Positions 44,203 through 52,731 of a DNA stretch of 58,366 nucleotides are shown here, piece after piece. This stretch comes from a virus (Duplodnaviria > Caudoviricetes): the IMG/VR virus record IMGVR_UViG_3300045965_000268, positions 1 to 58,366 of that record. One strand, 5' to 3'. The notes under the pieces are model-generated. The model saw only the letters and a list, made by a program, of their open reading frames with translations, searched no databases and was not told where the DNA came from. Within the stretch, counting starts at the first letter, position 1, and the number at the start of each line of letters is the position of its first letter. The translations under genes were made by a program, and so were the position numbers.

Positions 44203-46604
44203 CAGCCCTTCAGCACCAGGGTCGTCGTGCACCGACACGCCGGATGTGCCGGCGGCGTCATGACGGCTGTCCCATCGGGCAGCGTGAACGGCTCATCGAG
44301 CCCGACGAGCGCATGCTCCGCCATCGGCAAGCAGATCTCCTCGTCGAGGCGATCGTCATCGGTAACGAGCCACTTCCGCCGCGCCGTCTCGTCGATCGAG
44401 CCTTCCTCACGCGCCTGCACCCACTGTTCCCGCTGCCCCTGATTCGCGGCCGCGATCGACTCCGTGCGCCCGATCAACTCCGCGCGCTTGCGCAGCGTGC
44501 GGCGCGCGTACTTGTCGGTCATGCGTTGGACCTGATCCTCCGGCCGGCCCTCGTCGAGCAGCTCACGCCGATACGCATGCACCGCGTTGACCTGGCGCTG
44601 CGTCAACCCGAGCCCGGCGTCGAGCACCATCTTCGCGGTCTGATTCACCTGGAGCCCTGCCTCGATCGACTGCACGATCGCGGCACGCAGCGCCTCCCGC
44701 TGGCTCGACGACACTTCGACCACCAGCGCGACGCCATGGTTCTGCGCCCAGGCGGCGACCCGCGGATTCGTCACGTTGAACCCGATCCCGATGTTGAGCG
44801 CGGACGCCGTCGCCTGGCCCGCCGCGATCACGGTCTGCTGCAAGATCGGCGGGAGCGAGTCGAGCAGCTCCGCCTCGCCGACCTCCGACCAGCGGATCGC
44901 ACCGATCGCGCGATCGATGTCCCCCACAGACAGCGCCGCCTCCAGCGCAGCGCGGTCCGCCTCGCTGCGCGTCTTCGTCACCGCAGCAATGAACGCGTTC
45001 CGGAGTCGAGGATCCGCGGCATCGGCAACGGCGTGCAGGGCCCGGACGACCGAGTCGTTCGACGCCCAGGTCTCCGACGCCCAGGACTCGACGGCCCGAT
45101 GAAGGTCGCGCTTCGCCGTACGCAGATCACGCGCGAGAAGATCCCCGACGTGATCCGCGATGATCCGAGCTGGCGGAAGAGCCCGCTGCTGCCGCGCCTG
45201 GAACATGTGCGCTCGTCGCTGCTTCAGGTTCGGCGGCACGTTCCCGTTGCCGTTGCCGTTGCCGTTGCCGTTCCCGTTGCCGTTCCCGTTCGCCGGCATC
45301 GCCATCGGATCGAAGGCCGGCGCCAGCTCGCTCTTGAACATGTCGCCCTCGTCCCCGAGCGCCTCCATCCCGACGACCTCGCGCGCCTCGTTCTTCGTGA
45401 GCAGATCCGCTTCGTACCCCTGCACCGCCCACTTCCGCCGCGTGTCCTGGTTCTCCTGGAGCGCCTCGACCATCCCCGTGTCGAACACGATGCGGAGATC
45501 GTCCCCGAACTCCGCGGCGAGATCCACCGTCAGCAGCTCGCCAAGATCCGCGCAGAGCGGCGCGAGCGTCTCCTGCCAGAACGACTTCCGGTATTCCTTC
45601 GCATTGCTGTACGTCGCATGCTCCAGCCCGACCAGGGCCCCGACCACGACGGCCGGCACGCCGATGACGCCGCAGATCCTCGACTCCGTCAGTCCGAAGA
45701 TCGGCGCGATGTCGAGGCGCTCGATCTTCGCGGCGATCTGCTGATAGGTAACATCGCCGTCGAGGATCGAGACGTCGTGCCAGTTGCCGACCGGCCGTCC
45801 CCCGAACCAGCCGCCGACCATCTCGCCGATCCAGCCCAGCGTGCTGCGACGCGCCGGGCCCGCATGCTGTTCCTTCCAGAGCGCCTTCAACCGCTCACGC
45901 TCCTCGGACGGCACCTTGCCCTTGAACGTGAGCACGCCAGCCGGCACGCCAGCGTTGTAGAAGAACGCGCGCACGAACTCGACACCCTGGTTGTCGAGGT
46001 CGCCGAGGCTCGCCAGCACCGAGATCGGCGAGATCCCGTAGTAGTCGTTGAGCGGATCCGGCGCCCACATCTTTTGAATCATGTCCGCCGGCTCGATCGG
46101 GATCTTCCGCTCGTTGCCCTCGACCGCGTACTCGTAGCCCTCGACGCGGCCGTTCTGCCCAGGCTTCACACGCACGCGATCAGGACGCAACGGCCACAGC
46201 TCCACGACGTTGCGCCGCTCCGCGCGCACCTTGTGCAGGTACCCGTTCCCGCCGCAATAGAGATACGTGATGTACCGCTGCAACATCGCCGTGCGGGACT
46301 TGTCGGCCGGGTTCGGCTTGTCGAGCAAGCGCCGGAGCGGATGATTCCGCTCGACGTCGATCAGCGTCCCATCTGCCTGCTCACGTGCGACCCGCAACGG
46401 CGGCTCGCACAACGACGTCGCGATCTCGTTGATGCACGCGCACACGAGCGCGTTCCGTCGGAATCCGCTGTCGGCGAGCAGACGATAGTTGTCCGGATGC
46501 GGCAGCGGCCGCCCCTGCTGCCACGTCGGGACGGAGCGAGCCACGACCGAATCCGCCCTCGGCGTCATCCCCATTGCGCGCGCGAACCGTTCCATCAGCC
46601 CCAT
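44202..46604 (-). CDS. Portal protein fused to a Mu gpF/SPP1 gp7-like minor head protein
   Basis: Portal motifs (HPLRRLLDKPN, GNGYL, ELWPLRPDRV, GISPIS, LLTKNEARE), a (NG)n linker, then RAELIGRTE...KW...PPAHPACRC. Confidence 0.92.
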   Translation of the reverse strand: MGLMERFARAMGMTPRADSVVARSVPTWQQGRPLPHPDNYRLLADSGFRRNALVCACINEIATSLCEPPLRVAREQADGTLIDVERNHPLRRLLDKPNPADKSRTAMLQRYITYLYCGGNGYLHKVRAERRNVVELWPLRPDRVRVKPGQNGRVEGYEYAVEGNERKIPIEPADMIQKMWAPDPLNDYYGISPISVLASLGDLDNQGVEFVRAFFYNAGVPAGVLTFKGKVPSEERERLKALWKEQHAGPARRSTLGWIGEMVGGWFGGRPVGNWHDVSILDGDVTYQQIAAKIERLDIAPIFGLTESRICGVIGVPAVVVGALVGLEHATYSNAKEYRKSFWQETLAPLCADLGELLTVDLAAEFGDDLRIVFDTGMVEALQENQDTRRKWAVQGYEADLLTKNEAREVVGMEALGDEGDMFKSELAPAFDPMAMPANGNGNGNGNGNGNGNGNVPPNLKQRRAHMFQARQQRALPPARIIADHVGDLLARDLRTAKRDLHRAVESWASETWASNDSVVRALHAVADAADPRLRNAFIAAVTKTRSEADRAALEAALSVGDIDRAIGAIRWSEVGEAELLDSLPPILQQTVIAAGQATASALNIGIGFNVTNPRVAAWAQNHGVALVVEVSSSQREALRAAIVQSIEAGLQVNQTAKMVLDAGLGLTQRQVNAVHAYRRELLDEGRPEDQVQRMTDKYARRTLRKRAELIGRTESIAAANQGQREQWVQAREEGSIDETARRKWLVTDDDRLDEEICLPMAEHALVGLDEPFTLPDGTAVMTPPAHPACRCTTTLVLKG

Positions 46605-46837
46605 GGCCTACTCCTTCTCGCCGCCCTCGGCGGAGACGGCCGCCGTCGACGGCGTGCTCGTCCAGTCCAGAGCGAATAGGCCGCAGTCGCACACTAGCGG
46701 CGGTAACTGTCCCCGGAGCGTCACGCACTCCGCCCCGTACATCGCACGATGCACGTAGCCTCGATGATCCAGCGGAATCACCGCGACGTCTCCGCTGAGA
46801 TAGCGCGTCTTCACGTGAGCCCGAGTCCAGGTCAGAG

Positions 46838-47179
46838 TCACGAGAACGTCACCGTGGTAGTCGCGCTCGCCGTCGCCGTCGAGGATGACGACCACGTGTA
46901 CGACATGCTCGGGTGATACCGGACGCTGACGACCCGAGGCTGCGGCCGCCGGATCTCCAGCCGCACCTTCTCCGCCTCGTCCGCGGCCGCGTTGATCAGC
47001 TTCATCCGCTCGGGGTCGCCGCCCTTGTCGGGATGATGCCGCGCCGCCAGCACCCGACGATGGCGCGCCACGGCGCCCTTCCACTGGTCGAGGACACGCT
47101 GCGCGTGCGCCTGAGACGAGCAGAGCGCGAAGTCCGGCGGCGCGATCTCCAGAACGGCGCAGACGTCGGCGAGCGTCAC
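46838..47179 (-). CDS. J-domain (DnaJ-like) protein
   Basis: RRVLAARHHPDKGGDPERMKLINAA (HPD motif). Confidence 0.8.
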   Translation of the reverse strand: MTLADVCAVLEIAPPDFALCSSQAHAQRVLDQWKGAVARHRRVLAARHHPDKGGDPERMKLINAAADEAEKVRLEIRRPQPRVVSVRYHPSMSYTWSSSSTATASATTTVTFS

Positions 47180-47535
47180 CGCTTCCTCCCCGGATGCATC
47201 GGCTGTCGGTACGCCGCCGGCTTCCCCGTCGAGATCGTCGGAGGCTCGGGCGGACGCGGTGCCGAGGGCTGCGCGACTTGCTCCGTCAGCCCGTGCCGCG
47301 AGGCTACGGTGTGCGCCGCCGCGATCAACCAGCCCGCGATCGCCCGCGGCTCGATCGGCCCGAAGCCACCGTTGATGCCCTCGGCGAACACGCTCGCGAC
47401 CCAGAACTTCTCCGGCTGACCCGGCACCTCGGCGATGTACGTCGTCACCGCCAGCACGCCAGAGTCCGGGAGAAGTTGGGGACGATCGAAGCGACGACGA
47501 AGAAAGTCGAGCAAGCGAGCAGCGAGGTGGGTCAT
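47176..47535 (-). CDS. Hypothetical protein
   Basis: Start and stop overlap both neighbours. Confidence 0.5.
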   Translation of the reverse strand: MTHLAARLLDFLRRRFDRPQLLPDSGVLAVTTYIAEVPGQPEKFWVASVFAEGINGGFGPIEPRAIAGWLIAAAHTVASRHGLTEQVAQPSAPRPPEPPTISTGKPAAYRQPMHPGRKR

Positions 47536-47650
47536 ACGGACTCCTGGACGAGCCCGTGCTTACACCAGCACGTCGCATGCTCCGCGTTCACGTGCGCCCG
47601 CACATCCGCCCTCGTCTCGAAGGTCCGAGGACACCACGGACAGGCATGCA

Positions 47651-48664
47651 TCAGATTCCCCTCCGTGCCAGCAACCCCGCGATCACCAACCACGGGATCG
47701 AGGTCTGAGGCAACGCTGCCGGGAAGTGCCCCATCGCACACACGAGCGCCGCAACCATCGCCCCAGTCACCGGATCACCGAACGCCATCCCCGGCGCCAA
47801 CGTCCATCCCCAGAGCCCGAGCGCGAGCATCCCGAGGAGCCCGTACTCGAATAACGTCTCGACGAGGTCGTTGTGCGCGGTCGTGAAGACCTCGACCGTC
47901 GCCCCGGCCGCCCGGTTCCAATACGTGGCATCGCGCCGCCACGCCCCCGGACCCAGACCGAAGAAGATCGCCGGCCAGCCCCCACGCACCACGGCCGCGA
48001 GCCCGAGCTGCCACGCTCGCACACGCGCGCGCCACGAATCCCCGGCGCGACGACGGTACCAGCAGACCACGAAGAGTGCCGGCGCCGAGACAAGAAACGC
48101 CGGCACCATGAGCGTCGGATGCGCCACGAAGAACCCGAACAGCGCAGCCGCGACGCCGACGTAGGACGCGGTCACGACCAGACCGACGACGAAGAGCGGC
48201 AGAATCCAGAGCGGCGCCAGCGGAACGGCCATCGCGATCAACGTCGCCAGGACAACGCGCCCCGTCATCGCCGCACTCGCCGCGTCGCGCGCCTGGTACG
48301 GCGTCTGCCCCGCGCGAAGGGCCAGCACGTACTGAACGATCCCCAACACGGTTTGCACCGCAGCACCGGCGACGATCGCGTGCGGCAGCACCGTCTCCAG
48401 GGCCCGGGGCCCGTAGAGCACGGCCACGTACAGCAGCCCGAGCCCCGCCCACGTCAGCACCGCGCCGGTCTGGTGCGGGCCGATCCAGCGAGCCAGCGCG
48501 CACGCAAAGAAGATCCCCGGGCCCGGGGCAACGACGAAGAGCGCGAGGGCGCCAGCCCAAGCGAACGCGAGCAGCATCCGATCCCGCGCATGGCCCGTCG
48601 TCGGGCCGGCGTTCGCAAAGGGCGCCGCGATCAAGAGCGCCGCGAGCGCGATCGTCAGCGTCAT
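47651..48664 (-). CDS. O-antigen ligase / Wzy_C family polytopic membrane protein
   Basis: Many TM helices and the S..ARVRAW...IFFGLGPGAW...AHNDLVETLFEYGLLG signature. Confidence 0.85.
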   Translation of the reverse strand: MTLTIALAALLIAAPFANAGPTTGHARDRMLLAFAWAGALALFVVAPGPGIFFACALARWIGPHQTGAVLTWAGLGLLYVAVLYGPRALETVLPHAIVAGAAVQTVLGIVQYVLALRAGQTPYQARDAASAAMTGRVVLATLIAMAVPLAPLWILPLFVVGLVVTASYVGVAAALFGFFVAHPTLMVPAFLVSAPALFVVCWYRRRAGDSWRARVRAWQLGLAAVVRGGWPAIFFGLGPGAWRRDATYWNRAAGATVEVFTTAHNDLVETLFEYGLLGMLALGLWGWTLAPGMAFGDPVTGAMVAALVCAMGHFPAALPQTSIPWLVIAGLLARRGI

Positions 48665-49323
48665 GCCCCCCACCTCCGGGCCCGCTCGTACACGGCCGAG
48701 AACGCGAGCAGCACGAGCACCGGCAGGAACAGCAGGATCCCGATCAGGCACACGAGCCCGCTCGGCTCCTCGTGCGGATCCCGCTCTCCCCAGGCCCGCG
48801 CCGCGTGATGCTCCGCGCACTCGCCCTCGCACCACATCATCCCGGAACGGTCCATCACGCGACGCGCACGGCTCGCCGGCTTGCCACACACACCGCAGAT
48901 CATCGTGTCGACCAGCTCAGGATGAAGGTCGAAGAGCTGCGCGCACACGCGCATCGGGCCCGGCATCACTGCGACGGCCCCGGCAGGAAGCGGAGCAACG
49001 CGAAGAGGATCGCGAAGAGGATCACCGTCGTGAGCCCGGCGAACATCGTCGAGAATCGCTGCTCTTCGTGGCAGAGCGCACACTCGCACTCGCGGCCGTG
49101 CAGCATCAGCTCCGCTCTCCGTTCGCCTCGTTGCAGGCGCCGGTATGGGGCTCGCCTCGCCAGAGCTGCGCCAGGCAGAACCCGCACGTCAGCGTGAACA
49201 CCTCGGCGTCGCGATTGCCGCGGTTCATGTCCTCGACGAGGTCGGCGGCGTTCCACGGCGCGATACGCGGCCGCCGACGCCGCAAGATCACCACACGCTC
49301 CAACCGGAGCGTCGGCCGCCGGT

Positions 49324-49908
49324 TCAGGCTGCGATGATCTTCCATCCCGTCGTCCTCGACTCGCGGTACGGGCTCCCGGGCCCGAACCAGGCGAACACGC
49401 GCAGCGCGAACGCGCGCCGCCACGCAACGAGCTGGCCGATCGTGGCGCGCGCATCTTCGAGGGGCCACACCCCGAGCACGTGAAAGCCCGCCTCCATCAG
49501 CTCGCGACGCCAGCCACCCTCGGTCAACCGCATCGCGCCCTCGTGCACGCCGACGCACGGCCAGAGGTAGGGATCCGTGATCAGCAGTCGGCCGCCGGGT
49601 TGAAGCACGCGACGAATCTCGCGCAACGCCGGTTGCAGCTCGCACGGCCGCAGCAGGTACAACACCTCGGCACACCGCACGATCTCCAGCGACTCGTCGG
49701 CGAGCGGGATGTCGAGGACGGAGCCCTTCAGGTAGCACACGCCGCTGCGCCGCTGATCCTCCGCCGGCAGATCCGAGTCGAGCACCGACCACTCGCCGAC
49801 ACCGTTGTACGGTCGATGCCCTCCGCCGACGTCGAGCCCGCACACCGGGAACGATCGCGGTAGCGACTCGCGGAAGAAAGCGTCGATGGCGGCTCGGTGC
49901 GAGGTCAT
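49324..49908 (-). CDS. Class I SAM-dependent methyltransferase (Methyltransf_11-like)
   Basis: LDVGGG, GSVLDIPLADES, EVLY and ALREIRRVLQPGGRLLITDP. Confidence 0.88.
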   Translation of the reverse strand: MTSHRAAIDAFFRESLPRSFPVCGLDVGGGHRPYNGVGEWSVLDSDLPAEDQRRSGVCYLKGSVLDIPLADESLEIVRCAEVLYLLRPCELQPALREIRRVLQPGGRLLITDPYLWPCVGVHEGAMRLTEGGWRRELMEAGFHVLGVWPLEDARATIGQLVAWRRAFALRVFAWFGPGSPYRESRTTGWKIIAA

Positions 49909-50348
49909 GGCGGCGAGAGGAGTGCGAGGAGGAACGCCAGGAGCATCACCGTCAAGAGCAACGCCATCGCCACGCCGCATGCCCAGACGTCCCGCGGGTC
50001 GCTCAAGCAGTGTTGCTCCCCGCCAACGTCGGCAACGCAGCGCGGCCGGTCAGCTCGGCGATGATTCGCTCCAGCGCCTCGACCCGCAGCTCCAGCGCGA
50101 CGACGCGGGTCAGCGCGGTACGCGCGATCTCGCTGTCCGACTTCACGCGCAGCTCGAACGGCGCATCGTTCATGCCGGCCAGCCCGGCGTCGGCCCGAGC
50201 AGCGTGAACATCACGTCGCCGCTCCGTCCAACACAGCTCGCCGTCACGACCGCATCGGGATACTTCTTCGCGAGGTGCTCTCGCACCTGCTCCACGGTTC
50301 GCTGCGCCACGTCGAGGTCGCGCCGGCTGAACGTAAGAGTGCGCACGG

Positions 50349-51878
50349 TCAGATCGTGATGCCGTAATCCCACGAGGGCCGTCCCATGATCTCGCGGGCG
50401 AACGCCTGTACGACGGCGTCACCGTCGTCGGTCGAGCGCCCGATGCGCTGCCGGATCGTGTCCTTGCTCTCGATCTCGATCTTCCCCGACGAGACCACGC
50501 GCCACTTCGGCGCGGTGAGATCGCCGATGAGCTTGTCGTCGGGGGGCAACGCGATCCGCTCCTCGTTCGTCGGATCGAGCAGCTCGCGCAGATGCCACCA
50601 GGCAGCGCTGCGGAGGTTCGCGAACGCCAGCTCGCCGCTGCGATCCTTCACCTCGCACCGCTCCGAGGCGTTGAAGGGGAGCACGTCCTGATTCAGCTCG
50701 CGGAGCCGATCCACGACGCCGGCACCGACGCCGATCACGTCGACGATCGCCGCGCCGCCCTTCCGCAGCGCTGCCACGACCTGACCCGTCGTCGCCATCG
50801 TGTCCTGGTGATGGAAACGTCGCAGCTCCGTGATCGTCGTCCCGGCCCGAGGTGCGAGCACGGTGAGATCGTCGCCGCTGCGTCCCACGTCGACGCCGAC
50901 CGTCGTGAGCGGGAGCAGCTCGACGCCGCTCTCCTTCCACGCCCTCCAGCGCTCGTTCGCTTCCTCGATCCAGGCGAGCGGAATCACGCCATCTTCATCG
51001 GCCGACGCGAACTCGCCGAGAATGCGGTTGCGATAGACCGCGCTCTTCTCGCCCCACTGCCGGCGGCGCAGCTCCGCCCACTCCTCGCCGATCCGCCCCG
51101 CCGCGATCGCTTCCGCGAGCGTGACGTGTCGCGCCCACCAGTCCTCGTAGCCCATCTCGCGCGCATGGATCTCGTAGAAGCGGCCGTTCGGCGGGCCCGG
51201 CGTCGAGATGCACAACGCCAGCGCCTCGGTCGACTTCGAGGCGCCGGATCCGCTGAACGCGCCCTCCGCCGCATCGAACGTCTTCGCCGGGATCGCCTTC
51301 GCCTCGTCGAAGATGTAGAGAATGTGATCGGCGTGCGCGCCCTCGATGAGATCCGGCACGTCGCTCGCCGCCGCGAACGCCTCACCCGTCTTCAGCTTCA
51401 GCGAGAGCGCGAGCATCTCCGACCGCGGGTCGAACGGGGCCCGCTCCAGCACGTCCCACCGCAGCCGGCGCGCCCACTTGTGCACCTCGGGCCAGAGGTA
51501 CTTCGTGAGCTGACGCCAGGCGCTCGCCGTCGTCGGAATCTTCCAGTCGTCGCCGTCGCGCGTGATCGCGAACCAGAGAATCGCCCATGCCGCGATCGCC
51601 GTCTTGCCGACGCCGTGCAACGCTCGCACGGCAACGCGCCTCTTGATCACGAGCTGGCGGAGGATGTCTTCCTGGTACACCGTCGGCTCTTCTCCCGCTC
51701 GCCAGGCCACGCAGTCGTGGAGGAACGCGACGGGATCGACGCGGTACTGCGCCATGGTCATCATGCGCCGCTGGACTCGGCCAGCTTCCGCCGCACGTCG
51801 CTCCGCCCGCCGCTGGCTCTCCGCCTCGAGCTCCTCGAGCGTGGGCAGGACCAGTCCCCTCGGCAACGACGCCCTCAC
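50349..51878 (-). CDS. terL: Terminase large subunit
   Basis: Walker A ALHGVGKT, Walker B YIFDEA, ISTP coupling motif, nuclease GVDVGRSGDD and DDGDA. Confidence 0.95.
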   Translation of the reverse strand: MRASLPRGLVLPTLEELEAESQRRAERRAAEAGRVQRRMMTMAQYRVDPVAFLHDCVAWRAGEEPTVYQEDILRQLVIKRRVAVRALHGVGKTAIAAWAILWFAITRDGDDWKIPTTASAWRQLTKYLWPEVHKWARRLRWDVLERAPFDPRSEMLALSLKLKTGEAFAAASDVPDLIEGAHADHILYIFDEAKAIPAKTFDAAEGAFSGSGASKSTEALALCISTPGPPNGRFYEIHAREMGYEDWWARHVTLAEAIAAGRIGEEWAELRRRQWGEKSAVYRNRILGEFASADEDGVIPLAWIEEANERWRAWKESGVELLPLTTVGVDVGRSGDDLTVLAPRAGTTITELRRFHHQDTMATTGQVVAALRKGGAAIVDVIGVGAGVVDRLRELNQDVLPFNASERCEVKDRSGELAFANLRSAAWWHLRELLDPTNEERIALPPDDKLIGDLTAPKWRVVSSGKIEIESKDTIRQRIGRSTDDGDAVVQAFAREIMGRPSWDYGITI

Positions 51879-52309
51879 CCGGCCGCCTTCCTGAGCTTCA
51901 CGAGGACGTCCTCGAACTCTTCATCGCTGAGCTTGGCGAGGTTGTACTGCACCGAGGTCTGAATCGGTCCGCCGTTCGGCCCCGTCAGCTCCTGGCGCTG
52001 ACGGAAGTTCTCGTGATCTCGGTGCTTCAGGTACGACTCGCCGGCGCGCCAATCACCGTCATCAGCCGCCTTCGCGATCGACTTGTAGGCGCGCTCCCGG
52101 GGCTTCGCCTCGGCGACGACCACTGCCTTGTAAAACTCTCTGAATATTCCTCGGCGCGCTTTCTCGCCCCGCTGGTACCAGCGGAGGAGCGCCTCGTACC
52201 CCACCAGCGCACACGCCGCCGCATCCTTCCGCGAGCAGCCAACCGAGAGCGCCTCACAGATGCGCTCCTGGACCTCGGGCGTGAGCTTCGTCGGACGGCC
52301 ACCGGGCAT
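51875..52309 (-). CDS. terS: Terminase small subunit
   Basis: GRPTKLTPEVQERICEAL HTH, DWRAGESYL and ELTGPNGGPI; directly upstream of terL. Confidence 0.85.
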   Translation of the reverse strand: MPGGRPTKLTPEVQERICEALSVGCSRKDAAACALVGYEALLRWYQRGEKARRGIFREFYKAVVVAEAKPRERAYKSIAKAADDGDWRAGESYLKHRDHENFRQRQELTGPNGGPIQTSVQYNLAKLSDEEFEDVLVKLRKAAG

Positions 52310-52475
52310 CAGCCACCAACGCCTGCAGACGGGTGCACTACGCGCACGAGTCGAGACGGAGGGGTCAGGAGAGAAGGAGAAGGACTGGGGAAAGGGGACG
52401 AGCCGCCACACGCGTCTCGTCGAGTGACACCGTAGCACGGAGCGGGCCCGGCGGGGAAGGACGGCAGGTCGGCGT

Positions 52476-52690
52476 CTGGTGGGACACGTGATAGGACAAC
52501 CCCTAAAGGGGTTGTGTCCGGGTTGTCCTACCACGCCGACTGTCCCTGCGAACCTGGTAGGACACTGGTAGGACACGGAATGCGTGTCCCACCAGCAAGT
52601 GAGCATGAAGACATGCGAATTCAGTCTTCTAACAACTCTGATAGGACACGCATGGTTTGTCCTATCAGATGGGAGATCCTGGTGGGACAC
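52476..52690. repeat. Iteron cluster, putative replication origin
   Basis: At least 9 copies of (C/G)TG(G/A)T(A/G)GGACA(C/A) in both orientations, in a lower-GC gap just downstream of the primase-helicase. Confidence 0.75.
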
Positions 52691-52731
52691 ATCAGACTCA
52701 GCTTTCGCCGACGATGGGAAACTGGCGGACT

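Noticed and set aside
45241-45291. Phase-variable microsatellite
   Set aside because: The 6-bp unit keeps the frame and has synonymous variation, consistent with a protein linker.
44244-46679. 811-aa plus-strand ORF (likewise 6983-8401, 27513-29063, 29104-31188, 32119-34278, 34877-36751, 41640-42899, 50592-51962, 52657-54015)
   Set aside because: These are antisense shadows of well-supported minus-strand genes in GC-rich DNA, with no recognisable motifs.
52476-52690. CRISPR mini-array
   Set aside because: The repeats are about 12 bp, in both orientations and irregularly spaced; no cas genes are present.
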